Shown: positions 11,253-25,239, counted from the stretch's first letter. The stretch is DNA of 48,916 nt from Girardia tigrina (GCA_001938485.1 MQRK01179932.1:1-48916); one strand, 5' to 3'. Made by a program: numbers and translations. Notes: generated from the sequence alone by a model not told the origin.

Positions 11253-12699
11253 TTAAATATCAGAATTTATTTTAGATGAGACACATAGCTAACATGCAAC
11301 TGTGATGATATATTTAGATCGAAAAACTTTGAGAGGAAGATAATAAACTATATAATTTTGCGAAACTTGTGAAATAAAACATACCTTTCATCAAGGGGAT
11401 TACATACTAAAAATCATTTTTAAGCAATTATTAAAGATTTTTATTTATTATTAACACGTTCTTCTATGTATTAAAGTACATCCAAACGTTATTAGTTACA
11501 AAGTAAATTGAAGTAGCTGAGTCCTGGAAAAGGACTCGTTTGAAAAAAAACATGGCATCCAAAGGATAATTGTTAACATTTTTGTTAATTATACAGTAGA
11601 ATTTTGGTATATATTTGACTACAAAGCTGAAAAAATCTAAGATGTCATTCGTAATTTATTAATAGAGGTGCCTGAGATTTGTACAAGGGGTTACTGATTA
11701 TAGTTACTGTACCTTAACAAAACATTTGTAACATTTTATTGTTTCTATTTTATTAATTATTATAATAACATGTCTTTATTGCCGGAAAATAAAATGGTAA
11801 TTATTAAGTCTCATTATTTACTATTAGACATAAATTATTTACAGTATTAGTATATGCTAATCCTTTTTAATTTCTATAATATAATCAATAGCTAAATTAT
11901 ACAATTATCAAAGTATTATCTTTTTCTTGTCAATAATATAATGACGAGATTTTATTCGTAAAGATAATATTAAATTATTCTGGTTGAAGGTAATTTTCCT
12001 TCAACATTTTCTAGGTAAATGCAATTTACTGAAAAGATGCTGTTTCGACAATAATTATAAGACAGGAATAACGTTTCTTTTAATACATTTTTTTTATTTA
12101 TTATGAGCCAGATTTAAATCTTTCTATGTGAAAAGTATTTATTTTCAATCATAATTTGTCACATTTTATCCTCTCACAATATTTTAATACTTATTTCTCA
12201 GAACAAAATTATCATAAATTGAAAATATAATTATAATGTAAATTAATATTAACCGAAGGAAGTTCTTTAAAAACAATTTAAATTAAAAATGTTCGTTTTG
12301 TTTTGATGAAAAATAGAATTAAAAAGTTCAAATAACTTTAATTTTTATGTAACCCTTCCAAATGTAAGGTAGGGCATTATTTACCCTATTTTAAGTTCAC
12401 AAAATTTAGGAAAGCTTCGGGGAAAAATATTTATATTTTACGATTCTTAATTTTAAAATATTTTAATTTGTATTTAGTGACTTTTTGTAGCCATTATAAG
12501 TTCTGATAGATCCTGTTTCGTGGATGACTGCACATGAAAAGAGCTTCGAGTGACATGTAGTAGAGGTTAATTAATGATAATTATCATTACATAGAAGATA
12601 TCATAAAATAAATTCATATATTAAAAAGAACATTTGATATTAATTCAGAGTTTATTTTTAAATATCTTAAATGATTTTCTTAATGTAAAGTATTTTACT

Positions 12700-13400
12700 A
12701 ATTTTTAAACTAATTTTTGTAATGAACCAATAATTTAAAAATAACTTAGTAAAAAAGTTTCTATAATTCTGTTTTGAAGAAAAGGAATAAGCAAAAAGTG
12801 AGTTGTAATGTAAGCAAACTTTTAAGGAAAGGTAAATAAATATTACTAATTCTTTCCAAGTTACGTCAAACAGGTAAATTGAGGTAATTCTGACCATTTC
12901 TTTGAATGATAATTATGTACGTTAGGTAATTAAAATAATTTAATATATTTTGCAATGAAATTACCACTCTTAAAAATAATTAAAAGCTCACGCGAAAGAA
13001 ATTGGAGCATTGTTAATTCTTTACAAACTAAAGTTTAACTTTCATCATATTGTAAACAATATCTTTTAAATTGTTAAGTAAAGTGAAGGATGAAACTTAT
13101 TGAAAGTCTAGCTTACTGAAGAATAATCCCTAATAATGCGTACTAGGTAAATTATTTATTCACAAATTTCTTAGTATAAAATTGTCGTACCAAATAATGA
13201 TAGTGCAGTATAGTTGTAGATGATAATGACAGTGATCCCATTATAAATCTGGATGTATTTGACCATACGAAGATAATCCGATAAAACCAATTTTAATTTA
13301 TTCCAAGAGCCCTTTCATGAATTTGACCTAGGTCGAGAGTGCCTATTCGATTTATATTGTTAGGCTTAAATAAAATCGTTAAATGTTTTATCATCCAACT
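12700..13400 (-). mobile_element. Decayed Penelope-like RT fragment
   Basis: Minus-strand IMGSLS (~13228-13247) and FNKFHPSLYLT (~13072-13104, LN..H..IKFT-like). An HHR lies just upstream on the same strand. Confidence 0.4.
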
Positions 13401-13515
13401 ATTAATTATTATAACGCTTTATTATTAATTCATTTCATATTTATATTTGTTTTGTGACTAAATTGAAATAAAATTGGCAAGTTATTAAAATCAAAACTTG
13501 AAAGCCAATTGAAAA

Positions 13516-13556
13516 CGTTTATTAATTTCGACGGTTTAACCGTCGTCGTCAGAACA
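13516..13556 (-). ncRNA. Minimal type-I hammerhead ribozyme (PLE-type)
   Basis: Minus strand: TGTT CTGACGA C GACGGT taa ACCGTC GAA ATTAAT A AACG. Intact core, perfect 6-bp stem II, palindromic stem III and a 3-4 bp stem I. Confidence 0.8.
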
Positions 13557-15391
13557 AATGATTTTTCAAACGAAATTTACTTATATAGTGCAGTTAATGA
13601 TTATGCAATCAATATGTAATAAGTATATCATTTAAAAACTCTCAACAAAGTTGTAGAGAGTGCAGTTTGAACGTTAATTTTAGGATCCAAAGATCTTATA
13701 TATAACGCTTCACATGTCACTCTCTCCCAATAGAGTATATATATATATATATATATATAAAATTTATTTATATATAGAATTTCCTATTTATATTTATATA
13801 TAGAAGAAAATTTAAATTAGAATTTACATTTTTCCATTTCTTATAACTTTATGAATTTTTGGTATTTTTTCTTTATAAAAATATTTTTGGACTTCTTACT
13901 AATTATTGTTTATTTGTTATGACATTGTGATGAAAAATGTATAAAAAAATTTACTTACTGCACTCGGGTTAGCAAACGCTCTCCAATTATTTTTCCCATA
14001 AAAACCAAATTTTCATGGTTTCTGACTCGGAAACTGCGTTCTGGAGTCCTGGTTATTCGAATCAGTGATTGTCGTAGTACTAATCAGTCAAATATCTACG
14101 ACTGGGACCTAATAGTACCTTGATCAAATAGATAATAGTAGAAAACTGTTGGAACATACGAAAAAACATACCAAAATATTCACCTTAATGTTGCTACTTC
14201 AACCGGCTCGATTAGACAATTCGTACAAGTGTTGGACCCGAAATCTCGACTTCGAATGAATTAAATTGTTGAAAAGTTCGATCTATTCAGTTTCAGACTT
14301 CAGAAATCGGTACAATTCCATCGATGATGAAACTTCATTTAAAATGGGACTCTGGTCAGCAAAACACCCGCAGAACTCTTTACAAGTAAAATCTTCATCG
14401 ATCTTTGTGATCTCCATAGTTTTCTACCCCAGAATCAATGACATTGTAAACGTTCTTTTTAGAAAGAATTTAATATTTACTTGTTTTTCATTATCTCGCG
14501 AAGCCTCTATAAATCTCTACTATTTCTTCATTTTCACTGAGTTAACTTGTTGTATTAATAACATATTTATTCGTCTTATTATATATATATATTTATTTTG
14601 CAGAATAAATGTTATTTACTAACATTCTAACGATTTTGTATCTTGTATTTAAATAATTATAATTTGTATAATTAGCTTTAACTGTGAATAAAATATAATT
14701 ATTTATACCAAAAAACTGAACTTAAAATTATGCTGATTGGAGAAAATTAAAAGTTTTAACAGAGAGCTTTTACATTTATTGAATTTTCATTTTAATAATC
14801 GTCCTCAAAAGAATATGGCCGGTATTTTCAAAACCATTTAATAACGAATTTGACTTTCAAGCAATTCAGTGAAAAAGACATTAAAGTCTCTAAAATCAGA
14901 ACAACAAAAGTATTAGAAAGAAGCCACCAGACATAATTGTTACATTTTGACAATTGTCGAAACAATCCTCAAATAATCAATGAAAAGAGTATTTGAATGT
15001 CGGCATTAAAAATAAAAAAGAAATTAAAAAAATTCAAAATCTCAAATGTATGATAATAATTTAGAATGAAAATTCATTCTTATGAAATATTGAAATTTTC
15101 CTTAATTTTCTTTTTAAAAATATTAAATATGACTTTATTTTTTGGTTTGTTTATTTTTTTCTAAAAAATGATTTCTTCAATAGAAGATTGTTTTTATTCT
15201 TCGATATCATTCTTCAAACGACCTTCTGAAAGTCAAAGTTAATTTTTATTTTTTATTAATCATTAACTTAATTTGTTATTCTTATTTAATATAAAAAATT
15301 TATAAGAAACCCAAAATCGATTTACTTTTTATATTATTAAATAAAAGATATATTATATCAATTTAACTTTCATTTTTTCAATGGTTTAATG

Positions 15392-15586
15392 CAGTGGTTT
15401 CCAACCTATGGGGCGCGAGACTGTTGCAGGGGGGCATGCAGATCTTTCCAAAATATCATTTTTGAATACAAACCAAAAAAATCGAATAGGTGTCACAAGA
15501 AATGAATGAACAATTTGTTTTTTAAATGGGGGTGCACCAATTTTTTTAAAAGGGGGGCGCCGGTACAAAAAAGTTGGAAACCACTG
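15392..15586. mobile_element. hAT (Charlie/Buster-like) MITE, 195 bp
   Basis: Perfect 14-bp TIRs CAGTGGTTTCCAAC / GTTGGAAACCACTG. The 8-bp TSD gtttaatg / gtttaatt matches at 7 of 8 positions. Confidence 0.9.
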
Positions 15587-18500
15587 GTTTAATTTATTAT
15601 ATTTCTATTATAAAATAGAATTAACGTGCAAATAATCAATTAAATGTAATTATTATCTTTAACTTATAATATTCAAATTTTATTTGACATAAAATCCGTT
15701 AAACTTTCTGATGATTTTTTGCCAAATGCTCATTTTATATTAAATTTAGGCATAATTTTTGCAGCATTTTCCGAAAACTTTTAAATGATTATTTTAGAGC
15801 ATATTTATTACTTAATCAAAGGTACTGTTTCCCATTTACTTGGTTTCCGGTCAGTTACACTAGCAAAGTTGTGTATTTTTTAGAAAATCTATTCTTTGAT
15901 TGCGATCTCCAAGTCATTAAAGTCATTGTAAACTTTGTTCACGAGCTAAATTATCAGTAAGCGATTGACATGATAGTCTTTGGCTCTTCTGAAGGAGAAA
16001 GTTGTGGTTGATGAAGTGATTCTCCATAACGATTGGTGATAGATTCACTGGAGAAATAGAAACACCTGGAGAAACGCAAGTCTTCTTTTTTTGACGTTAT
16101 TAAGGAGAAATCGCGATGCATCATATGTATCGAGATTATTCAGGTACCAAGTCTGTTCGTATCTCTGCTGCAAATAAGTAAAAATCCTTATTAATCTGAC
16201 TATCGTTTTTGGAGTGTTTATGTATGAATATTTTCCTTACTTTTCTCAGCTTTCGAGAGGACTAACAATTGTCAAATGGTCAACATTACAGACTTTTACT
16301 GGTACTATCGTTGTCAGCTTTTCGTTGTCTTCCACAATTGTCAAAAGTTCCGGTTTGTCGGTAATTAATAGGTGACATCTTGCTTCTTCATCTGTAAGGC
16401 TTGTTTTGCAAAAGTTTTATACTGATTACCAGTTGGTCTTAAACATTTACTTGATTTTTGATTTGCATTTTCCTATAAAAAATAATAAACAAAATCCAAA
16501 TTTTTAAGATAAAATTTAATTTTGAGTACCTTTTGAAAAAAGAAACATTCCCTGTACTGGTTACTATATCAATCCGAAACTAATTCTGTCAAGTAAGCAA
16601 TAGTGAGTTTTAATAATAATAATGTCAAAATTATTTAGAAAGGTAATAATATTATATCATCTAATTTAATAATTTTTAAAGATTTTTATCACCTTTTCAT
16701 TAAATGATTTTCACCTAACGTTATTTTTCACCTTTAAAAGTTTTCAATAGAAGAGATTAGATTGTACAAAAGTTTATTAGTCGTTGGACAAATACCAACA
16801 AATGGACAAAAATAATATTTTATCTAAAAATAATTGTTTTTTTTTCTTTATTGACATTAATTTATTGTGGAACGAAATACCAAAGCCGTCAACAAGATAT
16901 CTCATCTCCTTTCAGCACATTTCATTTGATTCTTCTTTCAACGGAAAAATGTTCCATAATTAATCACCGTTTTTGGCAATTCTTCATCAAGATTAGATAT
17001 TTTAGCCGGGCAAATCTGTGCTGTTAATTATTTGCTGTAGCATATTTGTAGAATGCAAAATTCCAGCATTATATTTTCTTAATTGTAAAAGAATAATTCA
17101 TTTTCATTGGAATTTCTCTTATCATATTAATAATAAAATAAATAAGTCAAGTTTTTCATATTATTTATTTACAATATGTTTAAAACAATTATTTTTGTTC
17201 CTTGAAAAACTGAAACTTTGTTGTACACTATTTGAAGGGCTTTTTTGTATTCTATAAACATAACCTCATGAGAGGCATCTCTCAATAACTGCGTTTCTGT
17301 ATGCAAGGTATTGCTTTTTAGGAGGTTCTGTTACATAATTTTAATAGAAAGAACTATTATCATTACTTTCTTTCGCTCGTAGTACAATTTGAATGAACTA
17401 ACTAAATCAGCTCTTGAAATTGCTCTATTTCGGCCTACTGTAATTTAAAGTTGGAAGAAAATATTATAATATTTAAAGCGCGTATGGTAGGAGATCCAAA
17501 CTTGTTATGAGCATTTGACACTTTAAGACTTTAGTATCCATATAAAACCCTTAAATGCTTCATTGAATAACGATGACAGTACTTGAGGCTACTCAATCCA
17601 GAAAACGTGTATTGATTCACAGATTTCGTAAAATAGTTATATCGTAATAGTCCAAATAGTAATAGTCCAAATTTAATCAATGTTAAAGTCATAAATCCCC
17701 TCCTTGAAAATGTATTGAATTCAACGGAATTCAAAAATATTATTGATAATATCATTTTTCAATAGTTTCTAGACATGTTTCCAGTCAATCTCAACATTTT
17801 TAACAGAATAATGTTACTTGCTCTTTCTTTGAACATTTACCTAACATGTAAATTCCACTAAGGTACTATCGCAATAAGACATCAACCTCTGAAAATTGAC
17901 TCATTGTGAAAGAACATGACTTAGTCGAAATTTTATAAATACATGCAATAGAAATCTTAATATCGGCTATATATGTTCAAATTTACTAAAGTCGATTTTT
18001 TTCGTGATTAGATGTCGTTCTCGTTACCAAAAGATAGTAAACAAAATGTTAGTTCATATTAATGTACATTTATTCTTATTATTATATATTTTGCGTTGCA
18101 ATATTAAATAAATGCTTAGGACAAATAAAGTTTCTTAAAAAAAGGTTTTTTCACGACTAAAAGTTTTGTTATGCAATCTTCGAAAGCATTTTGTAGTCGG
18201 AATCATTGGTAGTTGTAAGTAGCGCGTTTATGCCATTTTCATTATCAGATATTTCACAATTCATATTTATCGCTTAAATTTATTAATGATAATAATACAC
18301 ATATATAAACAAATATATATCGCCAAAATCATTCTTTTAAATCTTTCTTCTAATTCAATTTGTAAAATTTAATACATTTTAAAATTTAAATTAATAAATT
18401 TAATTTTTTAAATTATAACAATAAGCCTTTTATCTAAAAAATTATTTCTTAAAATATTATCAAGTTTTATCCTTTTATTATTAATTTTAAAATTCTTATT

Positions 18501-21311
18501 TCAAAACTTTTATCAAAATATATAAATTATTATGACTGTGAGGAATATTTTAAATTTGGTATGTTGAAATTGGTTTGTTGAATTTTGTATGTTGAGTTTA
18601 GTATTTGGAAATGTGTTTCTCCCACCCAGATTGAAAATTGATATTTTGGATGTTCACAATAAATAGTTATTCGAGTATAATTTACATTTTAAATTACAAC
18701 ATAAGATATTTAAAAACATTAAAAATATTAAATCGTTTCAAATTTTCATATTAAAATTTAAATAAAATAAGTAGTTTNNNNNNNNNNNNNNNNNNNNNNN
18801 NNNNNNNNNNNNNNNNNNNNNNNNNNNNNNNNNNNNNNNNNNNNNNNNNNNNNNNNNNNNNNNNNNNNNNNNNNNNNNNNNNNNNNNNNNNNNNNNNNNN
18901 NNNNAAAATAATGAAAAATTTGTTCGAATAATTGTTTATTAACAAACATTAATAAAAAATTATCAATTTAGAACGATGTCGAATGACGAGAGTTTTGCTG
19001 AGAGTTGTACAAAAGACAATTCTGATTGTATTGAAAATAAAGGTTCGAAAACCCATGTTGGTGTTCTTAATAATGACTGTATTTATGTTTTTTTCTTCTT
19101 AATATCATTTTTAATTTAAAAACTTTTTGTATTTATTTAACTTTTTTAAAACTTTTAAATAAAAAAATATAAACTATTTTAACGAAGTGCATAACTCCTA
19201 ATAGTAGTATTTCTAGTTTATAACAAATAACTAATTACCAATTTGCACTTATAGAAAAAGAAACCTGTGTTACATAGGAATAAAGGTTTATATATAAATA
19301 TATTTGTATGGAAAAAAAGAAAACATAGCCATGAAGCAGAAAGTTTTTTTTAATGTTTAAAAAAGTTTGGTTTATAATTCTCTTTAAATATTTCCTTGGA
19401 ACAATATGTATAATTTGATCCTAGTAAACAAATAAACCAGTTGAATCACTTTCTCTTCATTGTGGCGCGTAATTGTGGAACCCTCAAAACCTACTAATAG
19501 TAACTTCTTTCTAAGTTTAAGTTTTTTAAGTTTAATTCCTTTATCCTTAATTCCTTTAAAATTCCTTTAATTCCATAAACAAATTTTCAAAGTTATGAAT
19601 ATCAAGTTATATCAAGTGGGTGTAAATAATACATGATAAAAATAATAATAATAATATCTTCATTATAGTGTTAAGAACTAGACAAAATTTTGGCAAAAGA
19701 CAAGTAAGAAAATAATTAAAGAAATCGATTATAAAAATACTTTTTATTAAAAAAACAACCAGATAATTATTTTTAGTCCAAAAAATAATTACTTAGCCTG
19801 CGATATTATTATAATAATACGAATATTATTTATAAATTATTAAAGCGTAATATCTCTAGTAAATTATTTAATCAAATCGTCCTACTATAACTACTCAAAT
19901 CAGTTTCTATTTCTATAGCTTCAAATAAAATAAATCCCAAAGGAATTTGATGTGTCAAATTTAGTCTTTACTGAACTATAAATGATGAAGGTTCCTAAAA
20001 TACTATTAATTACTATCTAGCTTGAAAATAAATAAATGAATGAATCAGTAAGCATGACTTTATAATAATAATGCATTATTATGGATGAGCAACTTTCTCC
20101 GTTGTAATTTGAGCAATAATATGTTTTATATTAGCTTTTTTGTACAATTGCTTCAAAATTTATGAATTAGTGTTGCTTTAATGCTTTTGAAAAAGTAAAT
20201 TTTAGATTTAAATTCATTTAGAGAAATTAATATTCCGAAATAATTCCTTTACAACTGAAAATATTTTTTAATATTATACGTATTTTATTAATTTTCCAAA
20301 TTTCCATTTTCAATAAGATTTTATATTTACTAAGTATTTTATAATGAATATGTAAAAACAATATTATTGTAATCTGTTTTTAACCATAAAATATCTTGTA
20401 ATTGCTGTAAGCAAAATTTAGTATGTTTTATATCGTTCCTTGTGTTAGGATTTCTGAATCTTACAAAACTTTCCGTGTTATAAAATTAGAACAAGTTTTG
20501 ATATCATTATTTAAATTAATAGAATAATCCAAACCAAACTCTATTCAAGCCAAAAACATTTTTTGAAAAGAAATCTTGCTAAAATAAGCTTCTTAAACTT
20601 AATCTAATCCAGCTGATAGCTGGCAAACAGAAAATGGCAACATTCGGTATTAATTAAGTTATTTTTTAATATATCCTAGTTTATAAGTTCCATTATTTCC
20701 TGGAATCGAAATTCTGAATATTTCAAGTAAAACTATGTCAAAACAAAGTTAAATTTATTTTCCTCGACCAATATTTTGTTGAATATTGAAATTTCATAAT
20801 CTATAATATAATTTATTTAACGTTAAACACATCCAACTAAATTATATTTACATTTTAATATTTTGAAAAAAAAATTTATATAAAATACTTAACAATTTAT
20901 GTGATAAAAAATCCGCAAATATTTTAATTAATTAAATTAATAACTTTTTTAGATTATATTTATTCATTTCAGATAGGAAAAGTATAAAATTAAAGTACAA
21001 ATTGCGAATATTTGTAAGGACAATTAATGTTACTAATAGTTATTATTATTTTATTTCTATCTCATCTGTATAAGTAATATTTTTTTAATTTATAACTTTA
21101 TAAAAATTATGATAAAATTAAAAAACAATTATAATTAAATTTTTATAAAACATGTTTAGACACAAAAAATCAAGTCTAAAATAAATAAAAAGATTAATAA
21201 AATTTGTTTAAAAAAACACAGTATATATATATATATATAACATTTAGATTTAATGGAAATTTATTTATAAAGAAAATAAAGAAAAAACGCCATTCTAAAA
21301 GTTTTTTATTT

Positions 21312-21350
21312 CTCAAAACATGTTTCGCCATTACGACATCATCAGTTGTG
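21312..21350 (-). ncRNA. Minimal type-I hammerhead ribozyme (PLE-type)
   Basis: Minus strand: CAA CTGATGA T GTCG taa TGGC GAA ACATGT T TTG. Intact core and ACATGT palindrome, with two G-U pairs in stem II. The downstream flank resembles that of the 25660 copy. Confidence 0.7.
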
Positions 21351-22960
21351 AAGTAAATTTCAAATTACAAGTCATTTATATGGCACATTGACTATTACAA
21401 TGTTTCAGAATTTCGTATTCAATCATCATCATTTATAATTTTGTATTTATTAATTTTATAAAAGTTAGTTTTAAGGGAATGATTTTTGGATTTATTTTAA
21501 TTATTTAAGATATTGGATAATAATAGAAAAATGTTTTAAAAGATGAAAACATTATTTTTCATATATATATATATATATATTAGAGACAAATATTTTAGTT
21601 AAACGTTTTGAAAATGTTTTGAAGTTTCATACTTTATCATCAGCAAATATAATTTGTAAAATATATAAATATTGTGTTTTTTATGTTATAATATTTAAAA
21701 ACGAAAAATTTTAAAATATATTATTTATTATTTCAAGAATTAATGGCAAATTTATTTCTTTATTTAATTAAGATTTTATATATTATTATATTAAAATTAA
21801 ATTTTTCACATAATTGAATCAAAAAAAATAATTAATTAACTATTTAAAAAGTATTTTAATAAGAATTTTTTCTCAGCAAAATTATTTCTTTTTGTGTAAT
21901 TTAATCATGAAGATAAATGATTTTTCGAGCTAAATCTTTCAGATAAAATCTTTGCTTCAAGAAAAGGAGTGATTTATTTGCAGTTTGAAGCGTGAGACTC
22001 CATTATTAAAATTGAGGATAAAACAGTCGAAATGGGTTATCAAAACATTCAATCATTCGAACGTTTCTTTCTTCCCATTTTATATTCGTGTTTATCGAAT
22101 TCTAAATCGTATAATTAATACCAAACAGTAATTATTTATTTGTTGTTTTTTCCTCCAATAATTTTTCGACATATGCTTCAATTACCGAGATAAGAATAAC
22201 AAAAAATAAATTTTCGCTGAAAATTGACAAAATATATTATCGATAAGCAATAAATTATTTTCTATTTACTTTTGTTTTTTGTAAAAAGAAAAATCAATAA
22301 AATCGGTTTTTTTGTCATTTTTGGTTGTTGGTTATTCTATTTTCGTTCGTGAAAAACGTCTGAAAGAAATACATATTATTTAATTATTATTATTATTATT
22401 ATTTATATTTTTAAAACATTTTCGTCAATATTACCGTAATTAATAAAGTATTGTTTCTTAAATTTAAATAATGATAACTAAAGTTTAACTTAAAATAAAA
22501 GTGAAAAATCTGATTTTTCGACACAAACAAATGTATTCCGTATTGTTGGTACTTCAACATTTTGAGTTGATCACAGTCCCGTTGGAACAGATTTGGGAAA
22601 TGGCTTTTTCTAGAAATTAGGCTCACTACAATACTCATTAAGTGGCCATATATGGCTTGATGACCACTTCTCTTTGAACGATGCATAAGTCATGGATACT
22701 CGAAAGAAAAATATAATTATTCGCATATAGTTCAATTATAAATATTTTAAGTATAAGAATTGAATAACAAAGTTTGCTATTACTTTATTAATAAATAAAA
22801 ATTTATGCATGTAATATTATAGACATAAAGGTAAAAGGTTGTGATCAATAATTTCTACAACTAGACAAACGAAACATTGATATAGAAGACATATTTATAT
22901 TCAATAATAATAATTAATAAAATATCATAATTCTCAATTTATCTTTCAGTGTTTTTCATA

Positions 22961-23337
22961 TATATTATTCTGCATATTTGCATATGTCTTTAAAGTAAAC
23001 CTCTTAACATAGTAACAATATTTTCAACTCACTAGTCTATAAACTTTGAAGAACATTATGATGTAGTTTNNNNNNNNNNNNNNNNNNNNNNNNNNNNNNN
23101 NNNNNNNNNNNNNNNNNNNTAAGAGTAGCTTCTGCCATGTCTACCAGCAAAAATAAAATTATGTAATTATAACACACAAAAAGATATGGTGTCTATATTA
23201 CGTGTTCTCAAATAGCTGCCGCACCCTGTATATTATTCTGCATATTTGCGTATGTCTTTAAAGTAAACCTCTTAACATAATAACAATATTTTCAACTCAC
23301 TAGTCGATAAACTTTGAAGAACATTATGATGTAGTTT
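22961..23337. repeat. 109-bp duplication (22961-23069 vs 23229-23337) flanking an N gap
   Basis: The copies differ at 3 positions. The second copy is preceded by a Tc1-like end (gcaccctg|TA). Confidence 0.85.
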
Positions 23338-25239
23338 AAAACCTTTAGGAGCCAAATACTTTCTAAATATGACCCATTCCATTTAGGATTTTTTGTTATT
23401 GTCTATGATGATGAATAATTCGAAGATTGTTATTCAATTAAAACTAACCGCCACAACTGAATACCGTAATAATGGGAAATGCATTTTTATTTTGTACAAC
23501 ATACAGTACAATATACGTTTTTAATAAGTAAATAAAGTTGTAATAAATGTCTCGTACGTGTACCAGTATTTTGTGACCGATGGAAATACAATCTTTTTTC
23601 TTGGAAAGAACGCAATGAAGATCAACATCGACCAATAGATGATTTTTTTATTCGACTTTAACAGTCGCAGAAGCGATAAGCCAACCGTGCACAAATATAT
23701 TGAGAGGGTGGCACGAAACGTCAATAGTTTATTTGGTTTCTTATATAATATCACTCTTATCCTATTGCTCTCAGAGACCCCTTGAAAAATGACTTTTAAA
23801 CCTACTGTTTGTTATTTAGATGAAACTTAAATTTTAAAGTAAAAAGTTAAAATGAATTTAGTTAATTTTAAGAAATGAAATCCATTATGAAAGTATCAGC
23901 TGTTTTAGTTCCATTTTGAGTCTATTGTTTGTTACGCTCGATTTATATGGAAGTGGACAATAGATGACAATATAATTTATATCAGATGTAAGGTCAAAGT
24001 CTCATAGAAAACGTTAAGTCTCTATTGGTTCACTATATGGCTGCCTTAATTAGACTATCCTACAAGTGTATATTTTTAATGGTAATTATACAATCTTTTA
24101 TATCCTCAATATACTGCAAGTTCTGCATCACAGGAAAAGTTGGCTGAACATGTAATCCTTCTTCACCTATTGTTGTCTCTGGGTATATTTTCTCAGTGTC
24201 TTTTGTTCTATAACAACGGAACTATTTCTAGATGATGGAGTTTATTGTGATGGGATAGGATGAAGTTTCATCTCGAAAACTAACTTCCGTGATAGTGATA
24301 TTACACTGTTTCCATCATGGTTGTAAGTGATAAATTATCTATTCCTACGGACGAACTGATCAAAGTACGAACAAACTTAGAATCCTTTAAATAAGTGGAT
24401 ATTTAATTATCGGGCATTTATCAATTTGAAAGGATAAGTAAAGACAAAAGTTATAAATTTTAAAAAAGTTAAAGAAATGTATTGTTTTTTAGGTCCAGGA
24501 GGACGAGACTAAAAGCATTTAGATAACGGATTTAGAGGTTAATACTCTTTAAAGATGAAATCGAAATAGCACTTTAGATATTATAACAATCATATATATT
24601 AAGATATTTAACAATGATTCCTGAGTTTTTATAGGGTAAATTATTTTAATTATTAATTGTTTGATTAAATTTATATTATTACAATATAACAAATCTGAAT
24701 TAAAAAAAGAAAAGTTGTATTTTTATTTTATCCCATAATTAGATAAACTTCAACCAAATGGTTCTTAATTTAATAACCTTTAGAAACAATCAAATGTTGA
24801 TAATGAATAATAAATCATTAAGTAAAATTGTAAAATATTAATTAATTAATTAAAACTGAAAATATTTTATGAATTTTGCTTGGAATAGAAATCGATTTTT
24901 ACCTTTATTTTCCTTTAGCTAATTTAGCATGTTTCTGTGATTGAAATTAATAAAATAAATAAATAAACTTTTGTCAAGAAAATCTGGTGACGGAAAATTC
25001 ATTAAAGCAACTGTGTTTTTCTTTATACCCAAGAAACAAAACAACCCAAAAATACCCAAGAAAAACAACAAAATTGATATCCGGGATTTTATAAATTATT
25101 ACTTGTAGAATTTAATATATTATTAAGGTCGATTTATAAAAAGATGTTCATCTCAATAGCTCGTACATGTATAATATAAGTAAGAAAGACAAATAAAGTC
25201 ATTTCAATTTTTAATTTTTATTCGAAAATATGCATCACC

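Noticed and set aside
10840-11900. Possible Helitron/PIF1 helicase relic (IRNL-like stretch near 11650)
   Set aside because: Too few motifs, and no recognisable Helitron ends.
12353-12566. Possible piggyBac-like MITE (gtaa|ccctt...agagg|ttaa)
   Set aside because: The ends are not convincingly inverted and the left TSD is imperfect.
16720-17760. Possible P-element-like transposase relic on the minus strand
   Set aside because: Only vague similarity (GF..., YFTKSVNQ) and no catalytic motif could be confirmed.
17770-17810. GAAACATGTC on the minus strand, HHR-like
   Set aside because: No CUGANGA box or stem II at the proper distance.
19900-20800. Possible PLE N-terminal region (EFGLDYSI) downstream of the 21312 HHR
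   Set aside because: A single weak motif, not enough to call.
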